Part shown: positions 10,133 through 19,817 of the stretch, one piece after another
How positions within the stretch are numbered: position 1 is the first letter of the stretch
How the letters are laid out: each line of letters begins with the position of its first letter
From: an uncultured delta proteobacterium
GTDB taxonomy: Bacteria; Desulfobacterota; Binatia; UBA9968
Reading direction: 5' to 3'
DNA: 64,000 nt
NCBI GenBank assembly: GCA_963745035.1
Contig: CAVUVW010000002.1
Span: forward strand, 160,001-224,000
The notes under the pieces: generated by a model
The model's database searches: none
The model's input: only the letters and a program-made list of their open reading frames with translations
Told to the model about the DNA's origin: nothing
Translations under genes and position numbers: made by a program

Positions 10133-10726
10133 ATGGCCGACTGGATCATTCGTACGATTGAATCGACGGGATACGTCGGCATTGCCCTTCTCATGTTTTT
10201 GGAGAATGTTTTCCCGCCCATTCCTTCAGAGTTCATCATGCCGCTGGCTGGGTTCATGGTGTCAAAAAACGAACGAGCATTGTCGGGAGTCGTCCTCGCC
10301 GGCACGATCGGCTCAGTGATGGGAGCGCTGCCTTTCTATTACGCGGGATATTTTATCGGCGAGGCGCGTCTCAATCGGTGGATCGGCAAACATGGTCGCT
10401 GGCTAACGGTCTCTCAAGAGGACTTGGAGCGAGCGAAAAGATGGTTCGCGAAGCATGGTCCGCTGGCAGTCCTCATATGCCGTCTTGTGCCGGGCTTACG
10501 CTCGTTGATTTCCATACCCGCTGGAATCGCGCGAATGCCGTTGGTCTCGTTTCTGTTTTACACTGCGATAGGCGCAGGTTTTTGGACGGCCATATTGGCG
10601 TACGCGGGTTATCTCCTGGCCGAAAAATTTCAGGAAGTGGAAAAATATCTCAACCCAATTGCGTATGTCGTTCTCGTCGCCATCGCGCTGATCTATGTCA
10701 AACGACTGTTGTCCGCGCGTCAGTGA
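10133..10726 (+). CDS. DedA family membrane protein
   Basis: LENVFPPIPSEFIMPLAGF and CRLVPGLRSLISIPAG. Confidence 0.92.
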   Translation: MADWIIRTIESTGYVGIALLMFLENVFPPIPSEFIMPLAGFMVSKNERALSGVVLAGTIGSVMGALPFYYAGYFIGEARLNRWIGKHGRWLTVSQEDLERAKRWFAKHGPLAVLICRLVPGLRSLISIPAGIARMPLVSFLFYTAIGAGFWTAILAYAGYLLAEKFQEVEKYLNPIAYVVLVAIALIYVKRLLSARQ

Positions 10727-10811
10727 ACGTCGGTGTGTCGGTAAACTGAATTGTTGCATCGAAGGAATTTGAACCGCGACTGATCTTAGTGCCGGTCGAT
10801 CGCGTGCTCTA

Positions 10812-11378
10812 TCACATCTGCTTTGGGCGAAACGGATGAAAGGTGAATTCGATTTCGCCCGTGCTCTGGTTCTGGTTGCGTTTCTGCCTGGTGATCTGCA
10901 CCGTGGCAGCCCTCGGCTGCGCAGCGTTGATGAGATACACGCTCATCGCGCTTAAATGCCGGTTCTCGAGAGTGAGCCTGTGGGGACCGGCCGGGAGCGG
11001 GCCGGAGACTGCGGAGAATTCCATCTGAATTGTTCCCGAACCGGTGCGGAGCTCTTCAGGCGGGACAAATTCAGATGCGGCGAGTTTCAATTCCAAATTC
11101 CGCCCGTCCAGGCGGACCGAGAGATCGCGCTTCAGCAACGCGGCATAGACCGCCGCTTCGTTCTTGGAAATCGCGCCGTCGCGGTCGCGGTCGATCTCGG
11201 CGATCACCTGTTCAGCGACAGCCACGCCCGGCGTGAGGTTGATTTGCAGCCGGACGCCGCTCGGTTCGATAACCACAAGCGTCGCTTGTAGATACTGATC
11301 ATCACGATGTGCGAAAGCGGCGGACGGGAGCGCAAGTAACGCGAGCAGCAGCGGCAGGCAACAAAGTGTCGTGGTCAC
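10812..11378 (-). CDS. Exported hypothetical protein (mature N-terminal His, HRDDQYLQAT motif)
   Basis: Signal peptide ending AFA-H; EF-hand-like IDRDRDGAISKNE; GTGA overlap with the upstream DUF3500 stop. Confidence 0.7.
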   Translation of the reverse strand: MTTTLCCLPLLLALLALPSAAFAHRDDQYLQATLVVIEPSGVRLQINLTPGVAVAEQVIAEIDRDRDGAISKNEAAVYAALLKRDLSVRLDGRNLELKLAASEFVPPEELRTGSGTIQMEFSAVSGPLPAGPHRLTLENRHLSAMSVYLINAAQPRAATVQITRQKRNQNQSTGEIEFTFHPFRPKQM

Positions 11379-12391
11379 CGCTTCCACCACCTTACTCCGT
11401 AATCGTTCGTCGGATCGCGGTAAATCGTGTGGATGTGCTTGGTCGGGTCGCCCCCCAGGCGCTGCGGCGCGTATTCGATGATGACCGTCGGCCCCTGGAT
11501 GCGGAAGTAGGCGGCGCTGCCTTTCTCACTTGGGCCGCTCCACGCGAACCAGGTTTCGGCGATATTCTTTCTCATCTCGTCCATTTTCGCTTTCGCGACA
11601 GCTTCGTGCAGGATGCCGGTCCATTCGCCGGCGAGATCCAGCAGCATCTCGCGCTGCTTCTCGGCTAACGCCGAGCCTTTGATTCCTTCGGGCTGAATCG
11701 TCTGCCCGTCGCGGCCTGGCCCGAGGACAAGGTCGCGCATCTGGAAATCAAGAATGGCCTGCTTGCGCTGCGCTTCGTTCAGCGAACTCAGCAGAGCAAA
11801 ACCCTTGTCGGTCTCGCGCCCGAGGGGGCGCACAGTCTTGCCTTCGAGCTCGTAGATCGCCGGCTGCGCGCCGGTATGGCTAGGAGCGAGCGTGCGTTGC
11901 TCGCCGGCAAAGGTGATGTTGAGGCCGAGATGGTGCCCGCCGAACTGAATCATCCACGGCTCGGTGGTGGAAGGCTGGCCGAGGAACGAGAGATAGTATT
12001 CATCGCGGCCAAAAATCGTCTGCCCGCTCGATTGCTTCAACACCTCGTCGGCCTCGACGATCCGCAGAATCTTCTCGTACCCCTGCGGACTCAACGCCGC
12101 TGCCAGAATCGCCAGCGCACCCTCGCGCTGCGGTTTTGTGAGGTCGCCCACGCGCAAGCCCTGCCGTTTGAAAACTGCGGTCGGAAGATTCGACCAGCGC
12201 TTGCGCTGCGCCTCGTCCTTGAAATCAAAAACGACCTTGCCACGCTGCGCATCGTCAAGAGTCGAGAGAAATTTCGTCGCGGCTGCGACGATCCCCGCTG
12301 TAGGCGCGCCGGCGGTAGAGTTTGTCTGAGCAAATGCGTTCAGCGCAGCGCCAGACAACAGGATCAAAACCATCGCGATCTTTTTGTTCAT
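11375..12391 (-). CDS. DUF3500 family exported protein
   Basis: WSNLP, QFGGHHLGLN, YFRIQGPTVIIEY and HIHTIYRDPTNDYG; signal peptide from MNKKIAM. Confidence 0.85.
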   Translation of the reverse strand: MNKKIAMVLILLSGAALNAFAQTNSTAGAPTAGIVAAATKFLSTLDDAQRGKVVFDFKDEAQRKRWSNLPTAVFKRQGLRVGDLTKPQREGALAILAAALSPQGYEKILRIVEADEVLKQSSGQTIFGRDEYYLSFLGQPSTTEPWMIQFGGHHLGLNITFAGEQRTLAPSHTGAQPAIYELEGKTVRPLGRETDKGFALLSSLNEAQRKQAILDFQMRDLVLGPGRDGQTIQPEGIKGSALAEKQREMLLDLAGEWTGILHEAVAKAKMDEMRKNIAETWFAWSGPSEKGSAAYFRIQGPTVIIEYAPQRLGGDPTKHIHTIYRDPTNDYGVRWWKR

Positions 12392-12537
12392 CGCTGGATT
12401 GAAACGTAATCCCAGCCACCGGTCAACACGCACGAGAGCTCATCGAACATATCCGAATCAGTGCAGGTAGCTCTGAATGGAACGAAACAACCGCAGAACT
12501 TATCACCCAAGGGAACTGACAGCTCGCCGGTCGTTTC

Positions 12538-13560
12538 TCAAACGTTTTCAACCTCGGGGATGTGAAACTTCCGCCGGTACGCCCCGGCCGTGACGCCGGT
12601 GACTCGTTTGAATAGCCGGCGGAAGAACGCCGGGTCTTCGTAGCCCACGTTCCAGCCGATCTCATCCACGGGCGCCTGGGTTCGTTCGAGCCGCCGCTTC
12701 GCCTCCTCGACGCGTAGCCGCTGAACGTAATCGATGGGCGCGTGCCCGGTGGCGCTCTTGAAGCGCCGCTTGAAACTTCGCTCCGGAATCCCGGAGATGC
12801 GCGCGGCCTGCTCGATGGGATTCGCCACCGAAAAGTGGCGGGCGAGCCACTCTTGCGCTTTTTGAATCGCGGCGTCGCCATGACCAGTCACGGGCTCGAA
12901 GATGACATAGGGCGAGAGACCGTCGGCATGCCATTGAAACGCGAAGTATTTCGCAACCGCCTGGGCCGCGGTGGGGCCCGCATGCTGCGCAATCAGATAA
13001 AGAATAAGATCGTGCCACGAGGTGGAAGTACCGGACATGAGAAACTCCTGATGCTTTCCGGCCGCGACCAGCGCCCTGTCCAGCCGCAGACGCACGTTCG
13101 GAAAATTGCGCCGAAACGTCTGCGCGTACATCCAGTGCACCGTCGCATCCTTGCCGTCGAGCAGGCCGGTCTCCGCGAGCAGCAGGACGCCCGAGCAGGT
13201 GGAACAGAGCTGCGCTCCGCGAGCATGCATCGCGGCGAGCCACTTGACGATCGCCGGGTATCGGCCTTGCTGCCACTCTCCCCGCTCGACCAGGATCGAC
13301 GGAACAATGACTACGTCCGCTGAATCGATTTGCTTGATCGATCGCTGGGCTTCGACCGGCACGCCGCTCGCGGACGAAAGCGACCCAGCTTTGGCGCCGA
13401 CAATTTCGGCTTTGAACTGAGCTCGTCCGGCCAATCCGTCGCTGTAAGTGCCGAGCAGATTGAACGAGTTCAGCACGTCGTAAAGCCCCATCAAGGTCGA
13501 AGCCATGACTTCGGGAATCGCGACAAGGCAGACGCGCACCTTCTTCGGCTCTGCTTTCAT
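12538..13560 (-). CDS. GlxA-type AraC regulator with DJ-1/PfpI domain
   Basis: CSTCSGVLLLAETGLLDGKDATVHW plus AraC HTH (VGYEDPAFFRRLFKRVTG). Confidence 0.92.
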   Translation of the reverse strand: MKAEPKKVRVCLVAIPEVMASTLMGLYDVLNSFNLLGTYSDGLAGRAQFKAEIVGAKAGSLSSASGVPVEAQRSIKQIDSADVVIVPSILVERGEWQQGRYPAIVKWLAAMHARGAQLCSTCSGVLLLAETGLLDGKDATVHWMYAQTFRRNFPNVRLRLDRALVAAGKHQEFLMSGTSTSWHDLILYLIAQHAGPTAAQAVAKYFAFQWHADGLSPYVIFEPVTGHGDAAIQKAQEWLARHFSVANPIEQAARISGIPERSFKRRFKSATGHAPIDYVQRLRVEEAKRRLERTQAPVDEIGWNVGYEDPAFFRRLFKRVTGVTAGAYRRKFHIPEVENV

Positions 13561-13676
13561 TTTCTATCCTTCATGGCCTAAACGGACCCATTTTGCGCAA
13601 TCCGCCTCTCCCGCCGGCGCACGATCGAGGTTATTGTTCTCATGCGAGTTAAATTTTCAATCGGGAGGATTTTATC

Positions 13677-14735
13677 ATGAAGGTCGACGAGCGAAAGCTT
13701 AGTCAGTTTGTCGAAAAGGCTGTCACCGACTTGGCCGCCGGCTACGGCGGTGTCATGACCGTGCTCGGACACAAGCTCGGGCTTTACAAAGCCATGGCCC
13801 ACGCGGGACCGCTCGATTCATCGGAGGTCGCCAAACGGTCGGGCTGCGCGGAGCGCTATGTGCGCGAGTGGCTCAATAGCCAGGCGGCGGCCGGCTACGT
13901 TGTTTATCACGCCACCAGCGCCACCTACGAGCTCACCGCCGAGCAGGCGATGGTATTGGCGGACGACGACAGCCCGGTATTCATGCCGCCTGCTTGGGAA
14001 GTGCCGGTTTCGATGTTCTTCGACGAAGAGAAAACCATCGATGCCTTTCGCACCGGCAAAGGCGTCGCCTGGGACGAGCACGATGACAGGCTCTTTTGCG
14101 GCGTCGCGGCCTTTTATCGCAACGGCTACCGGAATAGCCTGGTGCGCGAGTGGCTGCCGGCGCTCCGCGGCGTGGAAGAAAAACTACGCGCCGGCGCCAA
14201 AGTTGCGGACGTCGGCTGCGGCCACGGTCACTCCACCATCCTCATGGCCGAGGCGTTTCCCCAGTCGCGTTTCTGGGGCTTCGATTATCATGAGCAATCG
14301 ATCGATACCGCGCGCAGCCATGCTCGCAACACGGAGATCGCAAATCGCGTCAGCTTCGAAGTCGCCGGCGCCACGAGCTATCCGGCCGAAGGCTTTGATC
14401 TGATCTGTTTCTTCGATTGTTTGCACGACATGGGCGACCCCGTCGGCGCCGCGCGGCATGCCAAAAAAGCGCTGGCCGGGGACGGTACGGTGATGCTGGT
14501 CGAGCCCTTCGCCAACGATCGGGTGGAAGAAAACTTGAACACGGTAGGCCGCCTTTACTACTCGGCTTCGACGACGCTTTGCTGCGCGCACTCGCTGTCC
14601 GAGGATGGCGCCGCCGCTCTCGGCGCTCAAGCCGGCGAAGCGCGCCTGGCCAGCGTCTTCACCAAGGCCGGCTTCAGCGAGTTTAGAAAAGCCAAGGCGA
14701 CGCCGTTCAACTTGATTCTCGAAGCGAAGGTTTGA
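13677..14735 (+). CDS. SAM-dependent methyltransferase with N-terminal winged helix
   Basis: ERYVREWL, VADVGCGHG and FDCLHDMGDP. Confidence 0.9.
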   Translation: MKVDERKLSQFVEKAVTDLAAGYGGVMTVLGHKLGLYKAMAHAGPLDSSEVAKRSGCAERYVREWLNSQAAAGYVVYHATSATYELTAEQAMVLADDDSPVFMPPAWEVPVSMFFDEEKTIDAFRTGKGVAWDEHDDRLFCGVAAFYRNGYRNSLVREWLPALRGVEEKLRAGAKVADVGCGHGHSTILMAEAFPQSRFWGFDYHEQSIDTARSHARNTEIANRVSFEVAGATSYPAEGFDLICFFDCLHDMGDPVGAARHAKKALAGDGTVMLVEPFANDRVEENLNTVGRLYYSASTTLCCAHSLSEDGAAALGAQAGEARLASVFTKAGFSEFRKAKATPFNLILEAKV

Positions 14736-14972
14736 GTCGCCTGAAGCTTCCGACACCGACTCCGGGCGGGGCGCTGCGTCCATCGCAATCGCCAGGGCCA
14801 AGCTGCGCGCCCTGCCCGACAACGCGGCGCTCGCGAGCAAGAGGAGTTGAATTCATACGTGTCTTTGCTAGAGAAATAAGACAACAAATTTCTACACCCC
14901 TCCCTCGTGGACTTTCTCTATAAGAGCAAAAACGAAACTACATATGTCCGGACTGGGTCGTGGTTCAGTTCG

Positions 14973-15073
14973 GAAAGATCTCTCACGGAGTTTATCCTGA
15001 GCATGGCCGAAGGGTTCGAGATGACAGAACCGTTACTTTGTTTGTCATTTCGAGCGGATGCGAGAAATCTTTC
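14973..15073. repeat. REP-like palindromic pair
   Basis: GAAAGATCTCTC...TTCGAGATGACA is inverted relative to TGTCATTTCGAG...GAGAAATCTTTC. Confidence 0.6.
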
Positions 15074-15134
15074 CCCTCTGATGTTATGCCCTGGGAGTCA
15101 AACTGCACCACTACTCCGGACTGAAGACCCAGCC

Positions 15135-16124
15135 GTGAATCGTTTCAGGGCTAATGTGTCAGGAATCGTCGCCGCATCCAGTCGATCAGGTTTTCGCATA
15201 CGAGTCCTTTTGCTGATCGTCGTGATGGCGCAGTCGATCGGCTGCGCTCGCCGGTTCCCGGCGACTGAAGTCACACCGATAAAGGCGGCTAATCCCGCCG
15301 AGCTTCAGGGACAGCTGCTTTCCAAGCCCGATGTAGCGCAATTTAGGTTGCGCGGCCCCTTTGCCGTCATCGAGCGCAAGGACCTGGAAATTCGCGTGCC
15401 CTCCGGTCTCACGGTGGAAGCGGATTTATACCTGTCGGAGCCGGCCCGCAAGGCGCCGCTGGTGATCGTGTTGCACGGTCATGACAATTCTAAGGAAGAC
15501 CATGCCTTCCAAGCCATGCACTTGGCCTCCTGGGGCATGCATAGCCTTGCCCTCAACTTGCCCAAGCAGGGTCCGTGGATCGCCAACGGCCGCACCCTTG
15601 CCAGGCTCGTCGAAGCGATTCAACGAACGCCGCAGATCGTCGACAACCGCGTAGACACGGACAAGATCATTCTCGCGGGTCACTCTTTCGGCGCGACGGC
15701 CGTGGCCGCCGCTTTGGGGGACGGCGCGCGCGCGCTCGGCGGCGTTCTGCTCGATCCCGCAGGGATCGGCCGGCAATTGCCGCAGTTGCTGAGGCGGATC
15801 ACCGTTCCGGTGATGATCATCGGTGCGGACGACGACATCTGGCCCACCCGGAACCGCGGGCAATTCTACCGGTTCATTGCGGCCCGTGTCGGAGAGATCT
15901 CGATACGAGACACCGTTCACGAAGATGCGCAGTATCCGAACCAGTACACGCTGCGCGCATTCCAGGACCAACCCGACGATACGGAGGAAGCGCAAATCGC
16001 TTTCGTGAGCGCGCTGACCGCCTCCGCCTTCAGCCTTGCGGCCACCGGTAGCATAGACTATGCCTGGAACAGCTTAGAGAACGGTCTTAAGAAAGGCGTT
16101 TTTTTCAACGCGAGAAGAAAGTGA
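15135..16124 (+). CDS. Alpha/beta hydrolase, probable lipoprotein (start uncertain)
   Basis: Hydrophobic stretch plus lipobox-like SIGC; VIVLHG, nucleophile elbow GHSFG, LLDP, D and H candidates. Confidence 0.8.
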   Translation: MNRFRANVSGIVAASSRSGFRIRVLLLIVVMAQSIGCARRFPATEVTPIKAANPAELQGQLLSKPDVAQFRLRGPFAVIERKDLEIRVPSGLTVEADLYLSEPARKAPLVIVLHGHDNSKEDHAFQAMHLASWGMHSLALNLPKQGPWIANGRTLARLVEAIQRTPQIVDNRVDTDKIILAGHSFGATAVAAALGDGARALGGVLLDPAGIGRQLPQLLRRITVPVMIIGADDDIWPTRNRGQFYRFIAARVGEISIRDTVHEDAQYPNQYTLRAFQDQPDDTEEAQIAFVSALTASAFSLAATGSIDYAWNSLENGLKKGVFFNARRK

Positions 16125-17042
16125 TCGTCCTGCGTTCAGCCAAATCGTCGGTACAAGGATGGAAGACCGCGGCAACATGTCTGACCGTCGTGATCGTCAT
16201 CGTCCTGCGGGCGCTTGGTCCGGAAGCTGGCTGGCCACAGGAAATAGCTCCACCTAAGATCGACGAGGAAATTGCCGAGCAGGAAAAAATCTACCGCAGC
16301 CGGGGCGCCGAAGTTCCCAGCGGCTACGTCACCGGTCGAGGGCTCTCGGACTACGCGGGGCTTCTTCCCACCGGGTTCTGCGGCGCTCTCGGCATGCTTG
16401 GCAGCTCGGACCGATGGCTGGATATCGGCGCGGGCGCCGGGCAGGCCATACTGGACTACTACGCAGCCGAAGGCAGCGCGCCGTCGAGTGAAAAGTGCGC
16501 GCGGCCCGGCGCCAAGGCGCGCGCGGTCGCGATCTCCATCGAGGATCGCCGCACCGACAAGTGGCGACAGCAGGCCGCGAGTCTCGGTGATGACCGTCAT
16601 ACGGTATCTCTCCGGCAAGCGCCTGCGTGAGTATTCGCCCGAGGAGCTTGGAAAATTCCAGATCATCACCGACGTGTACGGCGGTTTCTCCTACACTGAA
16701 TCCTTGTCGCAGTTCGTGGAAAAGGTGCTGAGCTTGCTGGAGGTCGGTGGCGCCTTCTACACGCTGATGCCAGGTGTGTATTTGGAGAACGGCAAGGACA
16801 GACTCGGATTCTTGTATCTGACCGAGCTCGAGGATGCCGCCGGCCGCCGCGAGAGAGTGTGCTCCTGGCTGAAGAAGACCGCCTGCGTGCAAGTCACCTG
16901 CGAGTCGAAGAGCGACTGGAAAAGGCCCACCGAGCTGATCAACGTTCGGAAGGTTTGCAGCGACGTCTCCGTCTCGCGCCTGAAACTGTGGGAGTTCGAG
17001 GCGGGATATCCTCCCTCGCGGCGCTTCCAATTGGACCCGTAG
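16121..17042 (+). CDS. Exported class I SAM-methyltransferase-fold protein, copy 1 (frameshift at about 16598)
   Basis: N-terminal hydrophobic helix; WLDIGAGAGQA; one extra C relative to the paralog at 18214 (GACCGTCATACGG vs GACCGTATACGG). Confidence 0.8.
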
Positions 17043-17045
17043 GTC

Positions 17046-18030
17046 ATGCAACAGATTGCAGGCTGTTCAAAAAGGTCCCGATGCGGGGCACGCGAGAACC
17101 GTGATCGTGTTCGTGAAAACGTGACCGAGGAGGAGACCGCACGAGCACGAACACGCTGCACGAACACGAATTCGGAGCGAGGCGATCGAGCGCAACGAAG
17201 CAGGTGGGCCTTTTTCAACAGCCTGCTCGCCATTCTTTTTTTTCTCGGTACTAGTAGTTTTGCCGCATCAAACCCATTTGATGACGCAAGCGCTGCGTAC
17301 GAGCGCGGCGACTATGCTCAAGCGATAAAAATCTTTCGCCAGCTTGCCGAGCGGGGACACCAATGGGCGCAGAGGCGGCTGGGTCTGATCTATGCGGAGA
17401 GGGAAAGGCGTGCCGCAGGATCATCAGGAGGCTGTAAAGTGGTTTCGCCTCGCGGCGGCGCAGGGAAATGTCCCGGCGCAATATAGTCTGGGTCTGGCGT
17501 ATGAAAAGGGCCAAGGCGTGCCGCAGGATTATCAGGAAGCCGTGAAGTGGTATCATATCGCGGCGACGCGCGAAGACGAATGGGCGCAGACCCGGCTGGG
17601 TTCGATCTACGCGGAGGGGCAAGGCGTGCCGCAGGATTATCAGGAGGCTGTGAAGTGGTATCGCCTCGCGGCGGCACAGGAATACGCACCGGCACAGTCC
17701 AGTCTGGGTCTGGCGTATGAGAAAGGCCAGGGCGTGCCGCAGGATTATCGGGAAGCCGTGAAGTGGTATCGCCTCGCGGCAGCGCAGGGAGACCAATTTG
17801 CGCAAATCAATCTGGGTGTAATGTATGCCAACGGCACAGGCGTGCGGCAGGACTTTGTGCGCGCGCATATGTGGTTTACCCTCGCTGCAGCGGGATTGAA
17901 CGGCGATTCGGGAGATACGGCGACAAAGAATCGAGATAGAATTGCGTCAAAAATGAGAGCCGAGCAGATTGCTACCGCGCAGGAGATGGCACGGCGCTGT
18001 CAGGAGTCTAAGCTTAAGAACTGCGACTGA
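17046..18030 (+). CDS. SEL1-like repeat exported protein (in-frame element insertion; frameshift at about 17400)
   Basis: Repeated AQxxLGxxYxxGxGVPQDYxEAVKWYxxAA units at 108-nt spacing (17407, 17515, 17623, 17731, 17839). Confidence 0.88.
17058..17226. mobile_element. MITE-like element with about 21-bp terminal inverted repeats
   Basis: GCAGGCTGTTCAAAAAGGTCC vs GGGCCTTTTTCAACAGCCTGC (19/21 complementary); internal CGTGTTCGTG/CACGAACACG hairpin; no transposase. Confidence 0.75.
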
Positions 18031-18213
18031 AGCACGTGAAGTTGAAGTTCATAGCGCCAGAGCGCGACAAAGCTCCAAAGTCTGGAACTAAAAGTCTGGC
18101 CTTTGCTTCCCGCCCTGAATCGTTCTCGGGAATCACGTGCCAGAAACCGCATCCGCCTTTGAAATTGCTATTGAGAACGGCATCTTTTTCAACGGGAGGA
18201 GAAAATTTTTCTC

Positions 18214-19125
18214 ATGAGTTCAGTCAAGACATCGGGAAAAGGATGGAAGAGCGCGGCAACGGGGCTAGCCGTCCTGACTGTCATCGTCATGCATGCGCTT
18301 GGGCTGGGAGTTGGCTGGCCACAAGAAGCCGCTCCACTGCGGACTGACGAGGAATTAGCAAAGCAGGAAAAGATCTATCGCAGCCAGGGCGCTGACGTTC
18401 CCAGCGGCTACGTCACGAACCGAGGGCTCTCGGACTACGCGGACCTTCTTCCCTCGAGGTTCTGTGACGCACTCAGCAATCTCGGCAGCTCGGACCGATG
18501 GCTGGATATCGGCGCGGGCGACGGCCAGGCCATACTCGACTACTACGCGGATGTAGACGACACGGCGCCGGCTGAAAAGTGCGGCCGTTCCGTCGCCAAA
18601 GCCCGAGCCGTCGCGATGTCGATAGAGGACCGCCGCACGGACAAATGGCGACAGCACGCCACGCGCCTCGGCGATGACCGTATACGGTATCTCTCCGGCA
18701 AGCGCCTGCGCAATTATTCGCACGAGGAGCTTGGAAAATTTCAGATCATCACCGACGTGTTCGGCGGCTTCTCTTATACCGAAGACCTCTCCAAATTCCT
18801 GGAGACGGTGCTGAGCTTGCTGGAAATCGAGGGCGTCTTCTACTCGGTCGTGCAAAACGTGCATTTGGACGCCGCCAAGGACGACCCCGGCACCGGGTAT
18901 CAGACGGAGCTGGTGGATGTAGGCGGCCGCGGCGTGAAAGTCTGCTCCTGGCTGAAGAAAACCACCTGCGTGAAAGTCGTCTGCGAGTCGAAGAGCGACT
19001 GGGACTCGCCCAGCGAGCTGATCAACGTCCGGAAGGTGTGCAGCGACGTCTCCGTCCCGCGCATGAAGCTCCTGTACTACCATGCGGGAAACCCTCCCGG
19101 AAGGCGATTTCAGTTGGAGCCGTAG
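18214..19125 (+). CDS. Exported class I SAM-methyltransferase-fold protein, copy 2
   Basis: Colinear paralog of 16121-17042; WLDIGAGDGQA; six shared Cys. Confidence 0.82.
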   Translation: MSSVKTSGKGWKSAATGLAVLTVIVMHALGLGVGWPQEAAPLRTDEELAKQEKIYRSQGADVPSGYVTNRGLSDYADLLPSRFCDALSNLGSSDRWLDIGAGDGQAILDYYADVDDTAPAEKCGRSVAKARAVAMSIEDRRTDKWRQHATRLGDDRIRYLSGKRLRNYSHEELGKFQIITDVFGGFSYTEDLSKFLETVLSLLEIEGVFYSVVQNVHLDAAKDDPGTGYQTELVDVGGRGVKVCSWLKKTTCVKVVCESKSDWDSPSELINVRKVCSDVSVPRMKLLYYHAGNPPGRRFQLEP

Positions 19126-19193
19126 CGTGAGGGAAACTGCGCGCGCAATTCGCGAAGCGCGAAGATCACCACGCCAGACAAACGGAGCACGAG

Positions 19194-19430
19194 ATGACAT
19201 TGGAACTCTATGCCGACGCCGTCTTGACGTGCGATGTGCCGGAGCATCGGCTTAAGCGGGGCGATATCGTCAAGTTTGTCGATCACCACATTGCGCCGGA
19301 CGGCACGGAAGGCTACTCCATCGAAGTCTTCAACGCGGTTGGCGATACCTTAGCCGTTACCGCAGTCCCCAACACCGCACTCGAACCGCTACGCGAAGAC
19401 GAAATCCTCTGCGCGCGCTCCATGCGGTAA
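19194..19430 (+). CDS. DUF4926 domain protein
   Basis: LTCDVPEHRLKRGDIV...GYSIEVFNAVGDTLAVTAVP. Confidence 0.75.
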   Translation: MTLELYADAVLTCDVPEHRLKRGDIVKFVDHHIAPDGTEGYSIEVFNAVGDTLAVTAVPNTALEPLREDEILCARSMR

Positions 19431-19632
19431 GACAACCTCGGCATCGCTGTCCGCATTGCCGAATCGACGCCATCCACAATCGCCAGCATCTCCGAAAGCT
19501 GGCGACCGCGTACTCTGTGTACCCTTCCTTGCTGGTGCATGCCAGGACTCGCTGGCCAACCTGCAAATTTTGAATTCAGCGAAGTTCGAGTGCCGCTACG
19601 GCGTGAATGCTATACGAGCACCCGGGTTCCAT
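19430..19632 (-). pseudogene. Possible decayed quinone oxidoreductase (MDR family) fragment
   Basis: Broken frames give LQVGQRVLACTSKEGYTEYAVAS and LAIVDGVD, resembling VGxRV...GGYAEY...IPDGVD. Confidence 0.3.
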
Positions 19633-19817
19633 CAAACGGCGCTGCGTTGCTTCAGCGAGGCGAGGCGCCACGCGATGCATAACACCGCCGAATGAAAGTT
19701 GCGCAGATCCGACCCCGAAGTGCGGAGAGATGCTCGCTCAACGCTCGGGACTGCTTCTCCTTTTTTGGTTGCAGCCGGGAATCAGTGTGCCGATAATAGC
19801 CTCGAAAGGAATGCTGG

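Noticed and set aside
14907-15134. N-terminal extension of the hydrolase ORF
   Set aside because: It runs through a REP-like palindrome, and the lipoprotein-type leader begins downstream
17407-17860. Regularly spaced repeats as a CRISPR array
   Set aside because: The 108-nt period is in frame and encodes SEL1 repeats; there are no unique spacers or cas genes
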